A stretch of DNA of 64,000 nt from Sphingobacterium sp. (GTDB lineage: Bacteria > Bacteroidota > Bacteroidia > Sphingobacteriales > Sphingobacteriaceae), in the NCBI GenBank assembly GCA_029239355.1, contig JAQZAZ010000008.1, positions 24,197-88,196 on the forward strand, written 5' to 3'. The position numbers and the translations under genes were made by a program. Shown in pieces: positions 29,058 through 42,972 of this stretch. The first letter of the stretch is position 1. Every line of letters begins with the position of its first letter. Below the pieces are notes generated by a model, which was given only the letters and a program-made list of their open reading frames with translations, searched no databases and was not told the origin of the DNA.

Positions 29058-30353
29058 ATGGAAATTGGTACAAAAACACCGATCAAGTTAACCGGGGCAG
29101 CTTCTACTAAGGGGTACCTGCTTCCGTTTATTCTGATTGTCAGTCTGTTTTTTTTATGGGGGATGGCCCATAATTTAAATGGCGTTCTGATCCCGCATTT
29201 GAAAAAAGCCTGTCAGTTGAATAATAGCCAGTCGGCGCTGGTTGATACTTCAGTTTTCTTCGCTTATTTCATTATGGCACTGCCGGCGGGTTATGTTTTG
29301 CGCAAATGGGGGTATAAATTGTCCATTATTATAGGACTGGTTACTTTCTCCGTCGGTGCATTTCTTTTTATCCCTGCGGCAGATCACCGTATGTATGAGC
29401 TCTTTTTGCTGGCATTATTTATTATTGGTTGTGGACTAGCCTTATTGGAAACAGCGGCTAATCCTTATGCTGCAGTTTTGGGTAAGCCTGAAGCAGCAAC
29501 ACATCGGCTTAATTTGGCGGCCTCCTTTAATGGATTGGCGGCAATGGTCGCTCCAGTTATAGGTACCACCTTTATTTTGTCGGGTACGAGCTATTCAGAA
29601 ACGGAACTGGCGGCTATGACGGAGAGCAATCGGTTAGCGTATCTGCTTCATGAAGCGTCTTCCGTGAAAATGCCTTATTTGATATTAGGTTTAATCTTGT
29701 TAGTCGTAGCGCTAGTCTTTTTGTTTGTTAAACTGCCTGAAATTCAAGGTGAAAAGACGGAGGGGGGGAAGAAGCAAAAGTCTGGCTTATTTGCAGTACT
29801 TCGACATAAGCATTTGAGTTTTTCTGTAGTCGCGCAGTTTTTCTATGTTGGAGCGCAGGTTTGTGTGACTAGTTTTTTTATTCGTATGGCACAGCAGGGA
29901 GCCGGTGTCGATGAGAAGACTGCGGGGTATTTCCTAGGTGTATATGGTTTGCTCTTTATGGGCGGACGTTTTGTCGGTACCCTATTGTTGCGTTATACGA
30001 CAGCCCAGCGTTTATTGGCTATTTATGCCATTTGTTGCGCTATATTGGCAACTGTAGCCATTTCGGGGACAGGTATGGTCATCTTGTATGCGCTAGGTGG
30101 ACTTGGTTTCTTTATGTCAATTATGTTTCCTACGATTTTTTCTTTGGGTATTGCTGGACTCGGAAACGAGACGAAACAAGCCTCTTCTTGGTTGATTATG
30201 TCAATTGTCGGTGGAGCCGTATTCCCCTTTGTGACCGGAAATATTATTGATGCGCTGCATGATAATACGCAGATTGGTTATAGTGTACCTTTGGTCTGTT
30301 ATCTTGTTATTTTATGGTTTGCACTGAAAGGATATAAACCGGCAAAAGCCTAA
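29058..30353 (+). CDS. fucP: L-fucose:H+ symporter family MFS permease
   Basis: SLFFLWGMAHNLNGVLIPHLK, LETAANPY, NLAASFNGL, QFFYVGAQV, SIMFPTIFSLG and MSIVGGA. The true substrate is not established. Confidence 0.88.
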   Translation: MEIGTKTPIKLTGAASTKGYLLPFILIVSLFFLWGMAHNLNGVLIPHLKKACQLNNSQSALVDTSVFFAYFIMALPAGYVLRKWGYKLSIIIGLVTFSVGAFLFIPAADHRMYELFLLALFIIGCGLALLETAANPYAAVLGKPEAATHRLNLAASFNGLAAMVAPVIGTTFILSGTSYSETELAAMTESNRLAYLLHEASSVKMPYLILGLILLVVALVFLFVKLPEIQGEKTEGGKKQKSGLFAVLRHKHLSFSVVAQFFYVGAQVCVTSFFIRMAQQGAGVDEKTAGYFLGVYGLLFMGGRFVGTLLLRYTTAQRLLAIYAICCAILATVAISGTGMVILYALGGLGFFMSIMFPTIFSLGIAGLGNETKQASSWLIMSIVGGAVFPFVTGNIIDALHDNTQIGYSVPLVCYLVILWFALKGYKPAKA

Positions 30354-30401
30354 GTTGTGTCTCACCGTGTATTTTAATGAGGAATTGAAAAAAATATAGC
30401 G

Positions 30402-30425
30402 CGTGTTTTACTAGTGAAAAACACG
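30402..30425 (+). terminator. Possible stem-loop ending the CoA-transferase operon
   Basis: CGTGTTTT pairs with AAAACACG around an 8-nt loop. There is no clear U-tract, so termination is uncertain. Confidence 0.3.
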
Positions 30426-30484
30426 TATACCGCCGAAGTTAACGTTGGTTTGGTGTTAGTGAATGGATTAACAATGATTCGAAT

Positions 30485-35942
<5,458 letters not shown>

Positions 35943-36052
35943 ATAAATGAAGATTAGTAGGAAGATATCCAGTAAGTAAAGTTAAATCCTGTAAGAGTCG
36001 ACTCGTTGAAATGACGCGATAAGGGAGGTACATTCAAAATTGAAAGAAATAG

Positions 36053-36075
36053 GCTGTCCAAACTTTTTGGATAGC
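36053..36075. repeat. Short palindrome of a GCTGTCCA family (copy 1)
   Basis: GCTGTCCAAA-ctt-TTTGGATAGC with one G-U pair; related to 45426-45453. Confidence 0.45.
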
Positions 36076-36095
36076 TTTAAAGAACAAGATAAGGT

Positions 36096-39000
36096 ATGAC
36101 GAAGATCAAGCTGTTATTAGGAACAAGCCTTCTTTTGGGCTGTTTGAACGGCAATGCACAGATTAAAGGTATTCCAAAGGCATTAGTTCCTTTGGATCAA
36201 CATTCGTTTGAACAGGCAAAACCTTGGGTATTTTGGTACTTTATGCACGCCAGTTATTCTAAGGAAGGTATTACTGCGGATCTGAAAGCGATGGCAGAAA
36301 ATAAGATCGCAGGAGCTTACCTAGCACCGATCAAGGGCAAAACCAATCCACCTCTTTTCGATCCGCCGACAGAGACGTTGACACCAGCATGGTGGGATAT
36401 GTTCAAATATATCGTCCATGAAGCAAAAAAATACGGAGTAAAAATAGCTTTATTGCCCAATGATGGATTTGCAACCGCGGGGGGACCATGGATCAGTCCC
36501 GAGAAGTCGATGCAGAAAGTCGTGCATGCCGATACCGTAATCGATAGCAAAGGCGAGCGGCTGCGCAATATTCAATTGCCACAACCACAAGCCCAACAAG
36601 GCTATTACGAGGATATTGCCTTATTTGCGCTGCCACTGACACATTCGCCGCGAAAGAGCTTTACGGAGAAGGTCCACGTATCCAATAGCTATGGCGAAGA
36701 TCTAAAACGACTGGCTGAAAGAGGGAATAAACAAAATTTTGCAACAGCTGCGTCAGGTTGGATACAGTATGCATTTGATCAGCCCTTCCCTTGCAATTCA
36801 TTGAAAATTGAATGGACAGCATCCAACTACCAAGCGAACCGTTTGCAAGTTTGGGCTAGCGATGATGGCCTAAATTTTCGGAAGATTACACAATTAGAAT
36901 CTCCAAGAATGGGCTGGTTGGACTGGGACAATGGCGTCACACACCTGATTCCCTATACCAGAGCAAAATATTTCCGTTTTATCTACGATCCCGTGGGCAG
37001 TGAGCCTGGAGCCGAAGACCTCGACTCCGGTAAATGGAAACCTTCGCTAAAATTAAACGGCATCAGTCTGTTTGAAGAAGCGCAGGTCAATCAGATCGAA
37101 GGAAAGACGGGGGAAATCTGGCGTGTAGGAAAAAACTCTGAACCAAGCGCCGTGGACAAAGACGCTATTGTGGGACAGCAACAGCTCATCCGTTTGCCCA
37201 GTCCCGACCAAGCAGGTCGTGTCGACCTGACATTGCCGGCAGGAAAGTGGAAGATATTGCGTGTTGGACATACCTCCACAGGACATAAAAACGAAACTGC
37301 TGGTGCAGGCAAAGGTCTGGAATGTGATAAATTGGACGCGGCTACTGTCGCTTTTCAATTTGACCAGTGGTTCGGGGCAGCTAAAAAGCATGTGGATCCG
37401 CAGTTATCTAAAGAAGTCCTCACGGTATTTCATATTGATTCTTGGGAATGTGGCAGTCAAAACTGGACCCGAAGTTTTCCGAACGAGTTTTTGAAACGTC
37501 GGGGTTATGACTTGACCGACTATCTCCCTGTTTTGGCGGGTTGTTTTGTCAATAGTGTAGAAGATTCCGAAGCCTTTTTGCAAGATTACAGACAGACCAT
37601 CAGTGAGCTGTTGCAGGAGAATGGCTATGCTACATTACGTCAGAAAGCGGATGAATACGGAGTCGAATTTACGGCCGAAGCCACGGCTCCTGTGATGGTC
37701 GGTGACGGGCTGGCCCATTTTGCTTCAATCGATCGTCCGATGGGCGAGTTCTGGCTCAGAAGCCCTTCGCACGATAAACCTGCTGATATCCTGGATGCCA
37801 TTTCTGGAAGCCATATTTATGGCAAACAGGTGACTATGTCCGAAGCCTTTACCCAGATTCGGGCCCAATGGGACGAACATCCACGACTCCTGAAAAGTCT
37901 TCAGGATAGAAATTATGCCTTGGGAATCAACAATCTAGTTTACCATGTATATGTCCACAATCCTTGGGTTGACCGCAAACCTGGTATGACCATGGATGGT
38001 ATCGGAACCTATTTTCAGCGCGATCAAACCTGGTGGAAACCCGGTAAAGAATGGGTGAATTATGCAATTCGGACACAGCAACTCTTACAACACGGGGTAC
38101 CCGTACGTGATGTAGCTGTGTTTATTGGCGAAGAGATCCCTCGAAGATCCTTGCTCCCAAGTGCTTTGGTCGATGTGTTACCTGGTATTATCGGTGATGC
38201 ACGTGTACATCGGACAGATTCTCTGTTGGCCAATGTCGGCTTACCGATGCAGAAAGTTGCGGGGGTGACCACAGGAGCCAATATGTATAGGCCCGAAGAT
38301 TGGGTTGATCCGTTACGCGGCTATGCCTACGATTCCTTCAATCCCGATGCACTTTGGAACCAGACGAGGGTAGAGGATGGTAAGGTGATTTTTGCGAATC
38401 ATATTGCTTACTCTTTACTTGTGATGCCTGGAGAAACAGCATTAAATCCGAATGGTAGCCAATATTCCCTTCCTACCTTAGATCGCATCAGGGGTCTTGT
38501 CAATCAAGGAGCTACGGTACTTTTTCAAGATATACCACAGACCTGGCGGGGCAAATTGACGGATGAAAAAGTACAACAGTATCGCAGTTTGCTTAAAGAA
38601 TTATTCAGCAACCTCGAGTCATTCACAAATACAAAATTACAAGTTAAACAGCTCGGAAAGGGGCGAGTGCTTGTTGGACACTATGAAGCCAAGGATTTTA
38701 GTCCATTAAATATTGTTCCGGATGTGCTGATCAATGAAGGAGACAATCCGCATATTTCCTGGAACCATCGCCGTTTCGATGGCGGCCATTTGTTTTTTGT
38801 GGCTAATCAAGACAGCCTAAGGCAAAGAGCGACTCTGTCTTTACGGACAAAAGACCGATATGCATACCGTTACGATCCGGTAAGCGACAAACTAGCGGTG
38901 CTACCGTTTAAAGTGATCAAGGATAGGACAGTTGTTGACTTGTCATTTGAAGCCTATCAATCCAGTTTTGTGTTGACCACTGATAAAAAGATTGATGTAC

Positions 39001-39497
39001 CAACCTATCGGTTATCCGGGAAAGCAGCCTTGACAGAACCGTGGTCATTCACGACTGATGGGCTGCACAATAAACAAACGCTTAAACAGCAGGAACCTCA
39101 GTTTTGGACAACCAGTACAGACAATGAAACTAAGTACCATGCTGGCTCTGGAAGCTATGAGACAACGTTGCGTGTTCATGAAATTGGTAAAAAACAGCGT
39201 GCTTATTTGGAATTTTCAGAGATCGAATCCATGGCTGAAATTTTTGTCAATGAACAATCTGCTGGTGTTGTATGGACCAAGCCTTATCAGATCGATGTGA
39301 CTGATTTTATCCGGCAAGGAGATAACAAGATCAGGGTGAAAGTGTACAACACCTGGGGCAATCGCTTGCTGTACGAAAAAGAAAACCCCGCAGCAGAAAA
39401 GAAAATAAAAACGACTGCATCGGACAAGTTTCTGAAAGGCTTGCTGCCTTCGGGCTTGCAGGGGAAAGTTGAATTACTATGGCTAGATGTAAAATAA
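36096..39497 (+). CDS. GH106 alpha-L-rhamnosidase (BT0986-like)
   Basis: KPWVFWY, ATAGGPWI, GLECDKL, HIDSWECG, PMGEFW, EAFT and GINNLVYHVYVHNP; signal peptide. Confidence 0.92.
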   Translation: MTKIKLLLGTSLLLGCLNGNAQIKGIPKALVPLDQHSFEQAKPWVFWYFMHASYSKEGITADLKAMAENKIAGAYLAPIKGKTNPPLFDPPTETLTPAWWDMFKYIVHEAKKYGVKIALLPNDGFATAGGPWISPEKSMQKVVHADTVIDSKGERLRNIQLPQPQAQQGYYEDIALFALPLTHSPRKSFTEKVHVSNSYGEDLKRLAERGNKQNFATAASGWIQYAFDQPFPCNSLKIEWTASNYQANRLQVWASDDGLNFRKITQLESPRMGWLDWDNGVTHLIPYTRAKYFRFIYDPVGSEPGAEDLDSGKWKPSLKLNGISLFEEAQVNQIEGKTGEIWRVGKNSEPSAVDKDAIVGQQQLIRLPSPDQAGRVDLTLPAGKWKILRVGHTSTGHKNETAGAGKGLECDKLDAATVAFQFDQWFGAAKKHVDPQLSKEVLTVFHIDSWECGSQNWTRSFPNEFLKRRGYDLTDYLPVLAGCFVNSVEDSEAFLQDYRQTISELLQENGYATLRQKADEYGVEFTAEATAPVMVGDGLAHFASIDRPMGEFWLRSPSHDKPADILDAISGSHIYGKQVTMSEAFTQIRAQWDEHPRLLKSLQDRNYALGINNLVYHVYVHNPWVDRKPGMTMDGIGTYFQRDQTWWKPGKEWVNYAIRTQQLLQHGVPVRDVAVFIGEEIPRRSLLPSALVDVLPGIIGDARVHRTDSLLANVGLPMQKVAGVTTGANMYRPEDWVDPLRGYAYDSFNPDALWNQTRVEDGKVIFANHIAYSLLVMPGETALNPNGSQYSLPTLDRIRGLVNQGATVLFQDIPQTWRGKLTDEKVQQYRSLLKELFSNLESFTNTKLQVKQLGKGRVLVGHYEAKDFSPLNIVPDVLINEGDNPHISWNHRRFDGGHLFFVANQDSLRQRATLSLRTKDRYAYRYDPVSDKLAVLPFKVIKDRTVVDLSFEAYQSSFVLTTDKKIDVPTYRLSGKAALTEPWSFTTDGLHNKQTLKQQEPQFWTTSTDNETKYHAGSGSYETTLRVHEIGKKQRAYLEFSEIESMAEIFVNEQSAGVVWTKPYQIDVTDFIRQGDNKIRVKVYNTWGNRLLYEKENPAAEKKIKTTASDKFLKGLLPSGLQGKVELLWLDVK

Positions 39498-39504
39498 AGA
39501 AATC

Positions 39505-41523
39505 ATGAATACGAAGCGCAAACTAATGATCCTGGGTCTTTTCTTCGCGACGGCCTGGCAGGTCCAGGCCCAGGAAAAGTCTATTACAAATACCGGTGCA
39601 AGCCCTTATGCCGTTCAACAAGCGGTCGATATGGGGGATGTACAATGGACCAAAGGTTTTTGGGCCGATCGTACAAAGTCATGCTATGAGCAGATGGTGC
39701 CACAACTCTGGCACGTTTATACAGATGCTTCCATAAGTCACGCCTATCGGAATTTCGAAATTGCGGCAGGCTTGGAGAAAGGAGAACATACAGGACCATC
39801 CTTTCATGACGGCGATTTTTACAAAACATTGGAAGCTGTCTGCGCAATCTATGCACAGACAAAAGATAAAAAGCTGCTTCACATGCTGGATGAAGTTATT
39901 CCCGTTATCCGCAAGGCGCAACGTGCCGATGGGTATATTTATACCAAAGCGACAATAGACCAGCAGCGATCGGGACAAAATATTGAGTTTCAAGATCGGC
40001 TGAGCTTTGAATCCTATAATATCGGGCATTTGATGACTGCAGGATGTATACATTATCGGGCGACCGGACAACGTGAATTGTTGGATATCGCAATCAAAGC
40101 AGCTGACTACCTGTATGGATTTTATAAAAAATCCAATCCGACATTGGCCCGAAACGCAATCTGTCCCTCTCATTATATGGGTACTGTAGAACTTTATCGG
40201 ACGACCAAAGACCAAAAATACCTAGAACTTGCCAAGCACTTGATCGATATTAAGGGTGAGATTGAGGATGGTACTGACGACAATCAGGATCGTATCCCAT
40301 TCCGCAAGCAGCATAAGGCCACAGGACATGCCGTACGGGCAAGCTACCTCTATGCAGGAGTCGCTGACTTATGTGCCGAGGTTGCAGATACCACATTGAG
40401 CAACCGCCTTTTTGAAATTTGGGGTGACGTCACTAAGCATAAGATGTACATTACTGGTGGTCTGGGATCGCTGTATGATGGTACCTCACCCGACGGAACT
40501 TCCTATAATCCCAGTGAGGTACAGAAAATCCATCAGGCATTTGGGCGGGATTATCAATTGCCCAACTTAACTGCGCATAATGAGAGCTGTGCAAATATTG
40601 GCAATATGTTGTGGAATTGGCGCATGGCTAATTTCACGGGCGATGCAAAATACATCGATGTATTGGAACTGGCGCTCTATAATAGTGTACTGTCAGGGAT
40701 TAGTTTAGATGGTGATAAATTTTTGTATACCAATCCATTGAGTTATTCATCCGATCTTCCATTCCAGCAGCGCTGGTCTAAAAAGCGGGTACCTTATATC
40801 TCATTATCTAATTGCTGTCCACCCAATATCGTTCGTACTATTGCAGAAGTAGCCAACTATGCTTATGGGCTATCCACAGATGCTGTTGCAGTCAACTTGT
40901 ATGGCGGAAATGAATTGAATACAACCTACCAAGGCAAACATTTTAATATTGTACAAGAATCCAGCTACCCATGGGAAGGAACCGCCATCTTTACCTTAAA
41001 GGAGTTTCCTTCCGATCATACTTTGAAACTGCGGGTACCGGGTTGGGCTGGAAAGGCAGAAATATGGAAAAATAAGGTAAAAGTAGAAGTACCGATCGAG
41101 AAAGGCTATGCCCTCTTAGCAGGATCACTTAAAAAAGGTGATCGCATCGAAATTAGATTACCGATGGCGGTTTCTTTGATGGAGTCAAATCCACTAGTCG
41201 AGGAAACCCGCAATCAGGTTGCGGTCATGCGGGGCCCTGTGGTTTACTGTCTGGAAAAGCAGGATGTAGCTGCGGATGTCAATATCTTTGATCTGAAAAT
41301 GAAACAAGGCGAACAGTTCGCGCTGAGAAATGAAAATATCTTGGGACAGGATATTGTCTTGTTGGAAGGAAAAGCCTATCGTACAAATAGCACGAAATGG
41401 AATTCACTATACCGTAAAACTTCCGATGGAAAGCCTGAGACTATCCCTGTGCGTTTAGTACCCTATTTTGCTTGGGGAAACCGTACATTTGGTGATATGA
41501 GCGTTTGGATGCCAGTTTTTTAA
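39505..41523 (+). CDS. GH127 hydrolase with aceric-acidase signature (BT1003-type)
   Basis: Zn/nucleophile motifs NESCA (E360, C362) and NCCPPN (C437, C438). The residue 16 before E360, where HypBA1 has its acid/base Glu, is Gln344 (IHQAF). Confidence 0.88.
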   Translation: MNTKRKLMILGLFFATAWQVQAQEKSITNTGASPYAVQQAVDMGDVQWTKGFWADRTKSCYEQMVPQLWHVYTDASISHAYRNFEIAAGLEKGEHTGPSFHDGDFYKTLEAVCAIYAQTKDKKLLHMLDEVIPVIRKAQRADGYIYTKATIDQQRSGQNIEFQDRLSFESYNIGHLMTAGCIHYRATGQRELLDIAIKAADYLYGFYKKSNPTLARNAICPSHYMGTVELYRTTKDQKYLELAKHLIDIKGEIEDGTDDNQDRIPFRKQHKATGHAVRASYLYAGVADLCAEVADTTLSNRLFEIWGDVTKHKMYITGGLGSLYDGTSPDGTSYNPSEVQKIHQAFGRDYQLPNLTAHNESCANIGNMLWNWRMANFTGDAKYIDVLELALYNSVLSGISLDGDKFLYTNPLSYSSDLPFQQRWSKKRVPYISLSNCCPPNIVRTIAEVANYAYGLSTDAVAVNLYGGNELNTTYQGKHFNIVQESSYPWEGTAIFTLKEFPSDHTLKLRVPGWAGKAEIWKNKVKVEVPIEKGYALLAGSLKKGDRIEIRLPMAVSLMESNPLVEETRNQVAVMRGPVVYCLEKQDVAADVNIFDLKMKQGEQFALRNENILGQDIVLLEGKAYRTNSTKWNSLYRKTSDGKPETIPVRLVPYFAWGNRTFGDMSVWMPVF

Positions 41524-41535
41524 AGCGATAAATTT

Positions 41536-42963
41536 ATGACGATGAAAACTTGTTTTTTTGCGATCGTGTTACTGTTGGCCCAATTGAGTAGCCAGGCGAA
41601 AGTACGTTTATCGGCTCTCTTTACCGAAGGGATGGTGCTGCAGCAACAAAGTAAAGTCCCTGTTTGGGGCTGGGCAGACCCGCAGACAACAGTAACCTTA
41701 CAGACTTCCTGGAATGGGCAAAGATATCAAGCGAAAGTGGACAAGCTTGGCCAATGGAAAATTGTAGTGCAGACACCGGCAGCAGGTGGAGCTTATCAGA
41801 TCAAGGTCTCAGAAAAAAATGTGATTGAACTTAACGATATTCTAATTGGTGAAGTTTGGTTATGTTCGGGCCAGTCGAATATGGAAATGCCTTTGAAAGG
41901 CTATCCTGGGCAACCCATCCTCGGCAGTACAGAAGCAATGATGAATTCCAAAGACGATCAATTGCGTATCTATACCGTTCCTCGCAATCCTTTGTTGCAG
42001 CCTGCATCCGATAGCAAACCAAGTATTTGGAAAAAAGCCGAGCCACAGTCTGTTGTCGGTTTTAGTGCAACGGCCTACTATTTCGGTCGACAATTGCGCA
42101 AAACCTTGGGTGTGCCAGTCGGTTTGATTCATAGCAGCTATGGCGGTTCAAACGTTGAAGCCTGGATGGAGGCATCTTGGCTGGCGGATCAGAAAGATAT
42201 ACAGATCCCAAAACAAGAGGAAGGCTTGAAAGATAAAAACCGCGTGCCGACCATGTTATACAATGGTATGATTCATCCCATTGCCGGTTATGGCATTCGT
42301 GGTATCATTTGGTACCAAGGTGAGTCCAATTACGAACGTCCAGATCAGTATGAAGTGTTGTTTTCCCGGATGGTCGAAAAGTACCGTGAGTTATGGGGAG
42401 ATCATGAACTTCCTTTTTATTTTACGCAAATTGCACCATTTGATTACGCTTCATTACCGCCTTATCATGTAGGCGGTAAATACAATTCGGCTTATCTGCG
42501 CGATGCACAGCGTAAATCATTGAATAAAATCCCGCATTCCGCTATGGCGGTCACCATGGATTTGGGCGAACAAAATTGCATCCATCCATCACATAAACAA
42601 CAAAGCGGCGAGCGACTGGCCTACCTTGCACTGCACGGTAGCTACGGTTTTGCTTCATTAAATCTCAAAAGTCCTGTTTATGAAAAATTGGAAATTAAAG
42701 GCAATACTGCAGTCCTCTCTTTTGAGGATGCACCGCTAGGGCTGACATCATATGGTAAAAAAATAAAGACTTTCGAAATTGCGGGTAAAGATCAGGTTTT
42801 TTATCCTGCGGATGCTGTTTTGAAAGGAAAGACCATTGTTGTAGCGTCGCTCAAAGTTGAGGAACCGGTGGCTGTTCGCTATGCATTTAAAGATTTCGTT
42901 GTCGGAGATGTGTTCGGTGCCAATGGCCTGCCCTTAAGTTCTTTCCGTACGGACGATTGGTAA
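41536..42963 (+). CDS. Sialate O-acetylesterase (SASA) family carbohydrate acetylesterase
   Basis: GEVWLCSGQSNM, GIIWYQGESN and CIHP; signal peptide. Confidence 0.9.
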   Translation: MTMKTCFFAIVLLLAQLSSQAKVRLSALFTEGMVLQQQSKVPVWGWADPQTTVTLQTSWNGQRYQAKVDKLGQWKIVVQTPAAGGAYQIKVSEKNVIELNDILIGEVWLCSGQSNMEMPLKGYPGQPILGSTEAMMNSKDDQLRIYTVPRNPLLQPASDSKPSIWKKAEPQSVVGFSATAYYFGRQLRKTLGVPVGLIHSSYGGSNVEAWMEASWLADQKDIQIPKQEEGLKDKNRVPTMLYNGMIHPIAGYGIRGIIWYQGESNYERPDQYEVLFSRMVEKYRELWGDHELPFYFTQIAPFDYASLPPYHVGGKYNSAYLRDAQRKSLNKIPHSAMAVTMDLGEQNCIHPSHKQQSGERLAYLALHGSYGFASLNLKSPVYEKLEIKGNTAVLSFEDAPLGLTSYGKKIKTFEIAGKDQVFYPADAVLKGKTIVVASLKVEEPVAVRYAFKDFVVGDVFGANGLPLSSFRTDDW

Positions 42964-42972
42964 ACAGAAATT

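Noticed and set aside
21659-30353. Interpreting the module as a known D-apiose/apionate pathway
   Set aside because: No apiose isomerase, apulose kinase, transketolase, apionate oxidoisomerase, RuBisCO-like protein or GH140 is visible, and the known apiose routes do not use CoA-transferases. Apiose as substrate is not strictly excluded.
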